Below are positions 1 to 15,695 of a stretch of 64,000 nucleotides of DNA, in pieces; the stretch's first letter is position 1, and every line of letters starts with the position of its first letter. Under the pieces are notes generated by a model. It worked only from the letters and a program-made list of their open reading frames with translations. It was not told the origin of the DNA and did no database searches. Source of the DNA: Octopus sinensis (lineage: Eukaryota); the NCBI RefSeq assembly GCF_006345805.1, contig NC_042998.1:62558001-62622000 (forward strand), in the 5' to 3' direction. The translations under genes and the position numbers were made by a program.

Positions 1-190
1 TCCAATCTCTTTCTGAGTAACCTGATTAACTTGTAGTCTTGTATTATCGTGTAAGAGCAATACCCTTTTACAATTGACCGCGGACAGGCCCCTTTTTTGG
101 CAATTTAGAGCTACATTTTATCGGGCGCTTCATAATGATGTTGACACATTTTAAACATAAGTCTGGAAGAAGTTTATTTGTTACGAATAA
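1..190 (-). mobile_element. Mariner-type transposase remnant (catalytic region)
   Basis: Minus strand reads FVIYS*QINFFQTYV...QKRGLSAVNCKRVLLLHDNTRLQVNQVTQKEIG, matching the mariner RPxLVNRKGVILLHDNARPH motif; stops present. Confidence 0.65.
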
Positions 191-669
191 ATTACAAACC
201 GTACAAAGAAAATGTGTGCCATATTTATAAAACACCCTGTACAATGTATTCCTATATTTTTTAAAGATGACTTACTTTCTATTTTTAGTTGCTCAGGCTC
301 AGTTCAAACTTAGTTTCACAGATCTATCAAAGGGTTTCCTCTTATCACCCTATCTCTCTTTTATAGTCATAATATATCTCAGAAGACGTTACCCAATGTG
401 TCTTTCTGAAGAGGGTAGCGCTTGGTATGAAAAAGATTTGAGTACTATTTCCGGTGACTTACACGCTGGGCAATCTTGATTCAGAATACTTATTTTCAAA
501 AGAGTTCCCTATTGCTACCATCTCTTCTTTATACAACAGACTGAACTGGAACATCCGTCTTCCTTTCTTATTTCTACATTGTCACAATTATTTAATCTTG
601 CAATAAAGACATTCTGAAAACATTTATTTAGCATTTTACCTGGACAGTTCACAGACGCTTTTTTCTTCA

Positions 670-762
<93 letters not shown>

Positions 763-785
763 GGCTGCTGCCACTGCTGCTGCTG
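670..785. repeat. Compound microsatellite (CTA)n(CTG)n
   Basis: Direct reading; explains the poly-V/poly-A ORF 667..852. Confidence 0.95.
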
Positions 786-1140
786 AGGCCGATCTGAGTC
801 TACCGTCTGTCTCTATCATTGTTTGTGATATCGTATAGAATGTCAAAACCACTTAATCTAACAATGAACTTGTCCTGCAAACTTCTATTGTTTTGTTCGA
901 CCATTTGTTGTTCCGGCTGGCAACGATCTAAATATGTCTAAACTGTCTGACATCTCACCCCCGCCCTGTTAAAGACACACCTTCGGGTATCCAAACTACC
1001 TGATATCCTTCAGTTTTGGATTTCTTCTGCAGACGTCCAAACCGAGATCAAACCGCAATGGTTCCATCTGGTTGAAAGGACCTGCAAAGGAATAGAGATT
1101 GCCTCTCTTCCTTTGTCTAACAGATAAATACAATAATGGT

Positions 1141-1174
<34 letters not shown>

Positions 1175-1175
1175 A

Positions 1176-1600
1176 ATTGTTTCAAATTTTGGATCAAGGC
1201 CAAAACCGTAAGAAGATGGTAATCGATTATATCGACTCAACTGATTGACAAGTAACATATCTTATCGACTGCGGAAAGATGAAAGGAAAGTAGACTGCGG
1301 CGCGATTTGAACTCAGAACCTTAAGTGTTAGCTAACGATTAAGCTAAGTCGTCGCCTTAACAATGATTTCTTTTATTATATCTAATGATCCTTTCTACTT
1401 TAGGCACAAGGCCTGAACTTTAGGGGAGGGGGCCAGTCGATTACATTGACCCCAGTACACAACTGATACTTATTTTATCGACCTCGAAAGGATGAATAGT
1501 AAATTCGACCTCGGCTGAATTTGAACTCAGAACGTTAGCGACAAGCGAAATGCCGGTAAACATTTTTCGGCGCGCTATCTATTGTGCCAGCTCGCCGCCT
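1176..1600 (-). mobile_element. Two tRNA-head SINE family A copies (about 1176-1358 degraded, 1389-1600)
   Basis: Reverse complement of GGCGGCGAGCTGGCA...GTTCTGAGTTCAAATTC...GTCGA...CCTTTCGGGGTCGATAAAATAAG consensus repeated throughout the window. Confidence 0.85.
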
Positions 1601-2451
<851 letters not shown>

Positions 2452-2499
2452 AATAATAATAATAATAATAATGATGATGATGATGATAATGATAATGAT

Positions 2500-3002
2500 A
2501 GATCAAAAGATTGGTACGACCACAAATATGAAGGCATCGTCGAAAATAGAAATGCAAAGACCCTATGGGATTTTATGATTCAATGCGACCATGTGATTGA
2601 GAATAGGAAGCCGGATATAGTGTTAATTGGGAAAGAAAACAAACTATGCTGGATCATAGATATAGCATGCCCAGCTAACAACAAGATATGCAATAAGGAA
2701 GAAAGAAAAGTCGAGAGATATGACAGGTTAGCTTGGGAAGTTAAGCAGTTGTGGTCAATGAAAACGGTAGTAGTAGTACCAATAATTGCCGGAGCCCTGG
2801 GAACAGTGAGCAAAACCCCCGAGAAGTACGTGGAACAAATAGGGTCTGCAATAAGGGTGGAGCACTTGCAGTAAACAACACTGCTTGGAACCGCTCGAAT
2901 ATTCCGGAAGGTGCTCGAAAAATGAGAGGTGCTACCTTAGTTCACTGGTAGTGAACAGCTGACACCGTAGTACATCTCCAGCGTTAGAAGCTGTGCAAGG
3001 CC
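2500..3002 (+). mobile_element. R4/Dong-clade fragment, family B (RLE endonuclease 3' end)
   Basis: LWDFMIQCDHVIENRKPDIVLI...IDIACP...KVERYDRL...PIIAGALGTV...LLGTARIFRKVLE; ends in (AAC)(AAT)n. Confidence 0.85.
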
Positions 3003-3027
3003 AACAACAACAACAATAATAATAATT

Positions 3028-3218
3028 GTTTCTACTGGAAGCACAACGCCTCAAATTTGGGGAAAATGATTATTAAGTCGATTACACCGGCCCCCAGTGC
3101 GTAACTGTTACTTATTTAAATGGCTCCGAAAGGATGAAAGGCAAAGTCGATCTCGGTGGAATTCGAACTCAGAATGCAGCGCCGAACAGTATAACGAATC
3201 TGCCAGCCGACCACCTAA
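3028..3218 (-). mobile_element. SINE family A copy
   Basis: AAAGGATGAAAGGCAAAGTCGA...GAATTCGAACTCAGAA...TCTGCCAGC core. Confidence 0.8.
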
Positions 3219-3228
3219 ACTAATTATG

Positions 3229-3308
<80 letters not shown>

Positions 3309-3378
3309 GCTGCTGCTGCTACTACTACTACTACTATTACTACTACTACTACTACTACTAATAATAATAATAATAATT

Positions 3379-3625
3379 GGAAAAATCGAAAACCAGAAAG
3401 CTGAAGATACTGAAAGGCTAAGATAGCAATTATTGTTGAGGTAACAGGATGACTTGGTACAACACGAAAAATGGTCCCTAAAAAAGAGACTAAAAAAGGT
3501 TAGAACTGAAACTTGCATTGTCGACTTGCAGAAAACCATCATTTCTATATTCCGCAAGAATTCTAAGAAAGCCTCTTGAGATTTAGGATTTGTGGTCACC
3601 ATACGTTTAGATAAAGTTCCTGCTA
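3379..3625 (+). mobile_element. Degraded R4/Dong 3' end (third family)
   Basis: Frameshifted similarity to PVVIGALGT...LQK...SARILRKxLEI*; follows (CTA)n(AAT)n. Confidence 0.55.
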
Positions 3626-3959
3626 ATGAAATTAACATCACACACATTTTTCCATATATTTCTGAAAAATTATTTTCTTTACGCCTACAACCATAACTCC
3701 CCAAAATATGAAAAATTAATCGGAGAATATCGCCGAAACAATACTGAAATTTACTGGGAACCTGGTAGCGACTATGTTAAATGCATAAAAATCTGGTAAT
3801 ATAATATTCATTTTACACGTAACTTCTGAATATTACGTGGAATTAATGATTGAAATAACACTTACGTAATATCATGCATGTGAACATGAAGATTTTTTTA
3901 ATGGTGATAATGACAAAGGTAGTGATGATAATGATATTAATAATGATAATAACAATAAT

Positions 3960-4300
3960 AAAAAGAGCACTCAGGGAGCGCAAACCTCCGCCATGGCAAC
4001 ATCGACGTCCTCTCAACGATTAGCCGGAGGTGATTTTTTAAATTAGAATATCTGAAATAAGCTCGACTGCTCTCACAAACGAGAATACTGAAAATGAACT
4101 GGACCACTCTCAAAAATTAAGTAAAAATACAGGAAAAATAATCCAGAATCTTTGTCCGATACCGGATCGATACCAAAATCTAATCAGTTCGTGTCAGTCA
4201 CGAGACTAAATAGCAGTTCTTGAGATATCTTGTCCGCGGACAAACAAACAAACACAACTCAAAAACAATACCTCCACCTTCGCTAGGTAGAGGTAATAAT
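3960..4300 (+). mobile_element. Helentron-type non-autonomous element (HINE/DINE-like)
   Basis: Subterminal ACCTCCGCC (3984-3992), inverted partner GCCGGAGGT near 4024-4032, (ACAA)n tract, 3' hairpin ACCTCCACC-TTCGCTA-GGTAGAGGT (4270-4294) followed by AATAA. Confidence 0.65.
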
Positions 4301-5319
4301 AAAAACTCATCATTAGTTTCCGTAAGTGACCAAGCAAGCGCTGCAGAGGTTACATATATTTGCCCATATGTTTCAAAAAGTATTTCCTTTCTTGCCCTGG
4401 AACTTTTCAAAAAGCCGAAATGGCTAGTTTAAATCCAGAGGAGAAAGTTGCAGTCGCGGATGTTAACCTGACTGTCTGCTAAACATCCATTCTACTGCAG
4501 CATATAGTGACAGCAGCGAAGCCAGAAATTTCCAATTATTTTACTATGGCTACAGAAGGTAGCTCAGACAAAGCATTAGATTCATTGATACATGGGAGCT
4601 TTGATACATCGTGGTGTATCAAATCTTTGGATCAATGAATATAAAGAAGGGTGAAGGCTTTTGTTTATTGAATTTTGCAAACAAAATCTGCTTATGTCTG
4701 CCGAACCGATAATAAATTACCATATGCATGCAGAATGGTGAGAATGAAAGCAATAATGGCAATCTCTGTTTTAAGAAATCAAGCAGATATGATGTCGCAT
4801 GAAGTACTAAAATTAGGAAAGCTTGATTAGTTTTCTATGACTGCTACAATTTTGACATATCTTTGTTACTTTACAGCCTATGTAGCGCTCATTGCACAGG
4901 TACACACCACTCGCACACATACTTATACGGGCAAAAATGCACTCATTTAGACATTTTCTGTCAACGCTACAGCTGTCTTGTCAAAGTGACAGCGGTTTTG
5001 TCAAAGTGACATCAATGTTGTCAAAATGAGTTATCACAATGAGACTAGTGTTGTCAAAGTCGCGGAAATGTTAAACTTGGCGATTACTGATTACTGTCAA
5101 TGCGACAGAAGTCATGGTAAAGTGACAGTAGTTTTTCTGAATAAATGATTTAAGATTGATAAAGAAGGAGGATAACATCGATCAAATGGAGCTATATTCG
5201 CGAAAGAGACTACCAATGGAAATACCAATCCTATATCTTGGACACTACAACTGCTGCTGTACATGTGTGTGTCTTAGACGACATAAAAAAATTAAAGAGC
5301 TACCTCACCGACTGATTTG

Positions 5320-5605
5320 TATAGAACGCCTCACAAAAACACTCTAACTGACGGACATACTGCTTCCGCTTTCTGCTATTTCTACCGTTGTACGAGGCTC
5401 CCCAAGTCTGACTGGTCTCGTGCTACCTAAACTCATACCTATCTGCACCACGTGTTTATCTTTTTTTCTCTCACTTGTATTTTATTCATCCACCCCCAGA
5501 CTTAATGCAAGCCATTTTGCCAAATCTCTCGTCTCTGAATCGTTGCAACTCTGGAATTATTTTCTTGGACTTGTGTCATCTATGTTGTCCGCTTGTGGTT
5601 TCTGA
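5320..5605 (+). mobile_element. L2/Crack-like LINE ORF2 C-terminal remnant
   Basis: ASAFCYFYRC and RLNASHFAKSLVSESLQLWNY resemble the VASLxLFYRY...SFxPRTxxLWNxLP tail. Confidence 0.45.
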
Positions 5606-6211
5606 AAAAGCACAACTAACACATAGCCGTTATTTGGTTTGAAGAGGATTCGAGGGCTCTCAATAAAGCCAATTCTTCCCACAAAACTATTCAGGGAATG
5701 TGAATGAATGTCAAGAAAAATAAATCAATACTAATCAACTAGAAATGACAATCACCCATAACGAATAATAAATACAATCAAGGAAAGATAAATTTAGATA
5801 GACATTAAAGGTAAGATACTGATCCATGCTTATCACGGGTGTTTGGCAAAAAGAAGCACTGTATTAAATGAATCAGTAATAAATGAATAATAAAATATGG
5901 GGAAAATAGGTTTCTTTCCAAGATCCCAAGCAGTTCCAAACATAGTGGATGATTTCTGGGGCGTATGTTTGCGCTTCAAACATATTCTTTGTTCACAGAC
6001 CTGTATTATCACAGATCAATTCGTGATATGCGTAACGGGTAACAATTCAGCATATAGTGTCATCTCGGATCAGTGATGAACGAATCAACGTTAAAGTGAT
6101 AAATGATCATCTCTCTCTCTTTCTCTCTCTCTCACTCTCTCTATCTATCTATCTATCTATCTATCTATGTGTGTAAATACACTCACACGCACACACACAC
6201 ACACTATATAT

Positions 6212-6258
<47 letters not shown>

Positions 6259-6270
6259 TATATATATCTA

Positions 6271-6842
6271 TATATGAGGATAATATCGATATTTAAGTGT
6301 CGAAATTATCAAGTGGCCAGCATGAAAGAAATACCTTACAAAGGTAAAAAAAAATTTTAACAATTAAAAATGAGGGTGTCTAAAAGACACCAACATGCCG
6401 CAATAGCAGTCGAAACACTGACTATAGTACCACGTTAAATGTTCATATCGCACCATGAGGTAAAGCGGAGGGACAAAACATACAAGCAAAAATTATTGAA
6501 TAATTCAAGATCCAAGGATTTCTGGTTCTGCTTTAGATAAGCTTTACCGTCATCAATTGAATATATCAAGGGTACATAAATACAGATATATATATGCACA
6601 GCAAACGATATACTTACATACACGAGCGTCGCACATACATACATATGCCCGTATGGACACAGCCAGTCTGAATCGCCCGCCAAATCACCGCATAAGTACG
6701 ACATGGTTAAAATAAGCACCGCAGTGAATATAATAACGAATTATATAAATTTATATATGAGGATAATATCGATATTTAAGTGTCGAAATTATCAAGTGGC
6801 CAGCATGAAAGAAATACCTTACAAAGGTAAAAAAAATTTTAA
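6271..6842 (-). mobile_element. Penelope pLTR/retrozyme-like unit: 483-bp period, 90-bp terminal direct repeat
   Basis: 6271-6360 repeated at 6754-6842 (one A-run indel); internal HHR fold; flanked by (TA)n on both sides. Confidence 0.7.
6503..6562 (-). ncRNA. Type I hammerhead ribozyme (C3U variant)
   Basis: AUUCAA-UUGAUGA-[CGGU..GCUU..AAGC..ACCA]-GAAA-UCCUUGGA-UC^UUGAAU; 6-bp stem I, palindromic stem III. Confidence 0.7.
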
Positions 6843-6856
6843 TATATATATATATC

Positions 6857-6894
<38 letters not shown>

Positions 6895-6936
6895 GTATGT
6901 ATATGTACATATGTGATGTGTATACACACACACACA

Positions 6937-7712
6937 TCGAGAATGTCGCGTTGCTCTCGAGAAACACGGGGCCGACCTGCCCGAGATGTGGTCAGAGCGA
7001 CGAAACCGTTCTACATGCACTAGTACAGTATCCAACAATTTCCGACCTGTGGTCCTATGTGGAAAGAGTGCTATCGCGTGTGGGATGAGTCAGTTTATCA
7101 GCCGAGTCTATCGTGAATATTGTTGCGCCTCCTTCCTTCATTTTCATCCTGCTTATGGCTATGGCGAAAGAATGTGTATGGTGGATGCGTCTGAAAGGTC
7201 TGGAGACAAACACTTTACTCTCTGGTCAATCTCTCATCAACTTCTTCAAGTATCATTTAAAAGAAGGAAGATGAGAGTAGAGAGGCAAGTTTTGTCTAGT
7301 GAATGTTTCAAAAAAGATGGCTGAATGTAGCAAGGATGGCACGTGTGAATGACGAAGCCACCTTGAGCATAATCCTATGAACCCGGCCCCTCCAAAAATA
7401 AAGAAGGGAAAAAGGGAGTCACTTACTGTAATGCGTTATTTTTTGCACGACATTATTGCCCGAGGTTACCGTGGTCTTTTCCGTAGGCTTTCCTTTCCAC
7501 GGATAAACCTAATCTGTTTCCACTTTTTAGACTATGACATTTGTGATACACGATCCCTATTGATTGGCCTTTCTTTTTCTTAACGATCCCTTTTGATCAA
7601 ATTTCTAACCCGCTTTTTGTTTTTTCCTTCTTCTCTTCCCAAAAAGAAACGCTCTAATTTGTATCTCGTCCCCTCTGGTTTCAGTCCTGTGTGGCCAATA
7701 AAGAAAAAAAAA
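6937..7712 (+). mobile_element. Tx1/L1-clade LINE 3' end
   Basis: CPRCGQSDETVLHAL zinc-binding region, AKECVWWMR, 3' UTR, AATAAA and A-tail at 7697-7712; one stop and frameshifts. Confidence 0.8.
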
Positions 7713-10300
<2,588 letters not shown>

Positions 10301-10379
10301 CACTTTTGCCGTTCTTACTGCAATCCATCACTATACTCCTTGTTTGCTCGACAGACCTTATTATCTGTTACTGTTCTTG

Positions 10380-11100
10380 ATTCTTGTTTCACCATTTTTC
10401 TCAATTCTTGTTCGCCTGTGGTATCTCTATGCTTATCCCGTCAGCAGCGTAAAGCTGCTGACTCGCCAATTTGAGAAATATTATCAGGAGGCGTCGAAAT
10501 TTTTATAGTATATGATCGGCATCTGATGAGAGGTTGAGCGTGTTGACGTTCATTGTATATTTTTCCGTTTTCCCGTAGACTCCTTTGTCACTATTCTGTT
10601 ACCATTTTCATTATTATGTATTTTAACTTCACGCACACATAGTTTACCAACTGTCTCTAAAAGTATTAACAGTTGAATTATAAGAAAAAAATTTAGATGT
10701 ACCAGTCTCTGTATTCTTTTTAATTGTTTTGGATTTACATTCCCGAAAATGCTTAAAGCCCAGCAGCGCGAACCCGGATTTGCCATCATAGGAATTACAG
10801 TAGCATTGGTCATACTAAGAGATGATTGATGTTTGTTACCACTTGATGCAGTTAGTTGTAACCTGGAGTTTCTATGGTACACGCTTGGATAATTTATCGC
10901 TATATACTCACCGTTATTGTATGTATGTATGGATGTATGTATGTATGTGTATCTTGCAGGTCCCGCCGATATACGAAGTTCTCAGTCTTATCGTTAAAGG
11001 CACAAAACTGAGCTTTACTATTTTCGGTCGATAACTGATGAAGAATTACGGTCCTTCTGTGTCTGTCCTGCGTGCGCGTTTTGTAATTAGTGAAGTTTTC
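10380..11100 (-). mobile_element. Possible degraded Penelope-like remnant
   Basis: Minus TMNVNTLNLS resembles the GIY-YIG C-terminal NTLxPxGLN; decayed CTGATGAAG motif at 11035 lacks GAAA. Confidence 0.3.
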
Positions 11101-11159
11101 ATTTATATATATACGTGTGTGTGTGTGTGTGTGTGTGTGTATTTATATATATATACATA

Positions 11160-12033
11160 ATATATATAAATCAGAGAAAAACCACTATTATGCTATTCAA
11201 ACAATGATAGACATAAACCAAATCACAAAGAAAAAATAGAATATTTTATAAAGCATATAACTAGATCACAAAAGTACAAGAAGGAATAAACAATATATAA
11301 TAAGTAAAAAGACTACGTACGTTTCATGGCTATAATTTTAATTCGAATTACAATTAAATTTGAATTTAATCAAAAAACGATTCAATTTAAAAGTATAGTC
11401 ACTCCTCAGGTCAACAATAATAACAATAATAGTTAAATAAATAATCAAATAGAGTTAAACAATATTTCTGAAAGAAATAAAATCATTATTGTTCGTATAG
11501 ATAAAACTCCTGAAACTTAATCAGTAGGACCAGGTGCCTTAATACATTTATCATATTAAAAACCTAAGGTAAAAATATAGAGTAAATAGATAGAAAAATG
11601 TATTTATCTGTGAAGATATAATTTAGCTTTAAGAATAACATTAACAAACTATAGAATATCTTTTCACTAATATTTTACCCTAATATTTTACGCTACAAAC
11701 TATTTTACAAAACAATCACACTTAATACTTTTTGATTTTAGTTCTCATATAATAATTATAAAATAATAAAATTATAAATTAAATAAAAGTACGTATCTAA
11801 ATTATAATTAACAAATATAGCAATTAGAAATCCATATTTTTTCAATCAATAAACATATAAATAAATAAATAAATTACTCCATTATTTCTTAAATAAATAT
11901 TATACATATCATTCCGAAAATATTTATGAAATAAAAATTAAAAAATCCAAAACTAAAAACGTATTATCGTTTATAAAATTATTTACGAAAAAAGTACTTA
12001 TTATTATTATTATTATTATTACTATTATTATTA

Positions 12034-12097
<64 letters not shown>

Positions 12098-12240
12098 CAA
12101 ATTCAATAGTACTAAATATAATAAAAAAACTTTACCTATGCTAAAAAATTTTACAATCTAATTCACAAAGTAACCAAACTAATATATTTCGATTTAAATT
12201 CACATATAATAATTATAAAATAAAAATAATTAAATAAATA
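11160..12240 (-). mobile_element. AT-rich Penelope-like pLTR region with HHR
   Basis: Contains HHR 11311-11412; similar to the 26040-26560 family; interrupted by (ATT)n at about 12000-12100. Confidence 0.55.
11311..11412 (-). ncRNA. Type I hammerhead ribozyme with about 75-nt extended stem II
   Basis: GAC-CUGAGGA-GUGACUAUA...UAUAGCCAU-GAAA-CGUACG-UA^GUC. Confidence 0.75.
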
Positions 12241-12246
12241 TATTAT

Positions 12247-12768
12247 GTATGTGTGTGCTTGTGCATGTCTGTGTGCTTGTGTTTGTGTGTGTGTGTGTGT
12301 GTGTGTGCTTGTGTGTGTGTGTGTGTGTATGTGTGTGTGTGCGTGTGTGTGTAGTGATCTGTTGCATAAGTTTCTGTTGGTCTTCACTAACAAAATCTCA
12401 CCCCAGCTTGCAGTCAGAATTACAATTTTCCACGTGCCGATCACCAGCGTCCTTTGACGCTCTTCGCCACATTTGAATGCAATTTATTGGACCTGAGACA
12501 ACGCACTGTGAGAATAACCTTTATGTTAAGTATAAGGAAGGAAAACTCTGCTTCGGAGTTATGGCTGTGTGGTTAAGGAATTCGCTATGCAACCACATGG
12601 TTTCAGGTTCAATGCCACTCCTGGTAGTGGAGGTGGTAATGTGATTGACTATAAGCTGCGACTGGAAATGCATAGCCTCAAAAATTTAGCTTTTAGATTA
12701 GCATTGTAAACCCGTGGCCACGCTTGGTGGAGTTGAAAGAACAAGTGAAGTCATTGAGGAATCTTATA
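12247..12768. repeat. Segments A (12247-12483) and B (12484-12768) of a local rearranged duplication
   Basis: B recurs directly at 14456-14744; A recurs inverted at 14748-15008. Confidence 0.9.
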
Positions 12769-12783
12769 TATACATATATACAC

Positions 12784-12920
<137 letters not shown>

Positions 12921-14163
12921 TGATCCGTGAAGTTAAATCAACAAGAAACAAAAACGTATTCCATATGGTGGGAAATAAATATTATTCAATGAGCATAGTA
13001 AATATCTTTATGAGCTACCAATAGTTTCATGCGAGGAAAACGACTCAGACAGCATTTTATAACAAGTGTTCTGCTTTCATATATACGTGGCCTCGTCAAT
13101 AAGCATTCTAGTTGTAACCATCTAATTACTGTTGTCAGCCGTAGCCTATTTATCCATTATCCAATATGGTTTTCCTCTTTAAGATGACTGAATAACATTT
13201 CATTGCTGTTTTTGGTGTTATTTCTAACATGTTGTACGGTCATAGTAGCGCACATGTTGGTTCGTTGCTTTTTATGTCTTCGTGGCTGGTGTTCATAAAT
13301 ATCATGAAAGGTCGACCTCAGCGTAAAGACTGGACGAAATGCCGTTGAGTATTTCGCTCGGCGCGCTAACGATTCTGCCAGCTCGCCGTCTTAATTATAA
13401 ATGAATAATAACATTCTGGAGATATTGGTATCTTCCTCCTCTTGTAAAGATTTACCTTCTGAATAACAGGAATCTTGCAGCTGACTTTTAATAGTCACAG
13501 TAACCAATTATTAGAAACACACGCACACACGCGCTCAGCCTTATACACATTTACATACACCAACATATATTCACATACATTCTCACACGTACACACGCAC
13601 ACACACACGAATACACACACACTGTTGTTATTCAACAGGCTGGATTCAGTGGAATGCCGTATACGTAAACAAGTCTTATGTATACGATGAAATGTTCTGA
13701 TACCTTTAAATATAAACAGTAATATAGAAAAGATTGTGTATTTAATAACTGCCTAATGTGACTGTGAAACTATAACAATATTTGTTTAAACGCACGATTG
13801 CCGATCACATCCATTGCCAACAGATACATAAGGATTATTTCTATTCTTTTCCTAAGAATAACTTTCTAAAGTATCTTAAAAGAAGCACAAATAATACTGT
13901 GAACGATGATAAAACGGAATCTCACACAGTCAAGCCTTTTCTCGCTTGAAGCCATATCGGGTTCTTCCGCGTCTTTTACTTTATATTTTTCACAACTGAT
14001 TTAATATAGGAAACGTATAAATGCAATTGTTAAGAAGAGAACAACACTTGAGGCCACCCTTAAGTGCTTCCTAAATCAAAATGAAAAATATGAGGTGAAA
14101 CACACGCGCGCATATACGCAGATGCTCACACATACGCGCATGCACATACATTCACTCTCACTG

Positions 14164-14195
<32 letters not shown>

Positions 14196-14455
14196 GCGTA
14201 TACAACTACTCTCCTATTCCATCAATTTGACACACATGCATACATATACACGCACACGCGGATACACACACTGTACGGTCACACACACAAAACAAAATGA
14301 AAATCTGAGTTGAAAGACGTTTGGTTACGTGACTTGAAGCCAAATGTTTTAACAGTGAGAAAATTCAAAATACCTTATGAATGTTTGGACGTTCTAGAAG
14401 AACTAGACCGAGTGTCTTCATCATGAGAACAGAGTAGAAAAGACAGTTACACAAC

Positions 14456-14917
14456 TTATTGGATCTGAGACAACGCACTGTGAGAATAACCTTCATGTTA
14501 AGTATAAGGAAGGAAAAAAAACCGCCTCGGAGTTATAGCTGTGTGGTTAAGGAATTCGCTATACAGGTACATGGTTTCAGGTTCAATGCTACTCCTGGTA
14601 GTGGAGGTGGTAATGTGATTGACTATAAGCTGTGACTGGAAATATATGGCCTCAAAATTTAGCTTTTAGATTAGCATTGTAAACCCGTGGCCACGCTTGG
14701 TGGAGTTGAAAGGACGAGAAGTGAAGTCATTGAGGAATCTTATATTGAATTGCGTTCAAATGTGGTGAAGTTGCGCCCTATTGACCTCTGTCTAAGGTCG
14801 TTGGTGATCTGCACCTGGAAAATTGTAATTCAGACTGCAAGCTGGGGTGAAAGATTTTGTTAGTGAAGACCAACAGAAAGTTATGCAACAGGTCACCATA
14901 CACACACACACACACAC

Positions 14918-14970
<53 letters not shown>

Positions 14971-15008
14971 TGCATATGTACACACGCAAGCACACACACA
15001 CACATACA
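14456..15008. repeat. Second copy: B (direct) + A (inverted)
   Basis: TTATTGGA.CTGAGACAACGCACTG...GAGGAATCTTATA shared; AATTGCGTTCAAATGTGG is the reverse complement of 12467-12484. Confidence 0.9.
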
Positions 15009-15439
15009 TATGACCAAAGTGATCAATTGGGAGAAACGTTAGGTCATCGGATCGAAAACCTTGCGATGTTTGAGCCTGCTCTGAATCTTTGTGCACTAAG
15101 TTCAAATCCAACCGCGGCCAACCTGCCTTTCTTTCATCCTTTAGCAATCGATAAAATAAAGTATCGATATCCAGTGTGGTGAATTGGTGTAACAGTATGT
15201 AAGAACGTCGGACCAGATGCCTGGAGGTATTTATTCTGAATTCCCTGCGTCCTGTCATGGCTTATTTGCGTGGTTGACTTATCCTGTCTAACTACTCTGT
15301 CTGACACCTTTGATGCGAGGACTCGGGTCAGTTTGCAGTTACCTTCTTTCATCCTCCTTTCTTTGAGTAATGGAGACATTATAAAATGTTACGGACACGA
15401 TCTTCCTTTCTCACTGTAAAATGAAATAAGCAAGAGTCA

Positions 15440-15695
15440 GAATAGGCGCAGGTTTGAATGTGTGTGTGTATGTGTGTGCGTGCGTCTATGAGTCTGTGTT
15501 ACACCGCTTGACAACCGGTGCTGGTGTGTATATTTCTCCATGACTTAACAGTTCGACAAAAGAGCCCGATAGAATAAGTACCAAATTTTAAAATAAGTAC
15601 TGGATTGGATTTATTCAACTAAAAACGCTTCAAGGCGATGCTGAAGCATGGCCGCAATCAGATGAACGAAACTAGTAAAAGATACAAGATAAATA
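15440..15695 (+). mobile_element. SINE family B, internally deleted
   Basis: AGGCGCAGG head, (GT)n, GCTTGACAACCGGTGCTGGTGT...GCATGGCCGCA...GAAACTAGTAAAAGA tail. Confidence 0.8.
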
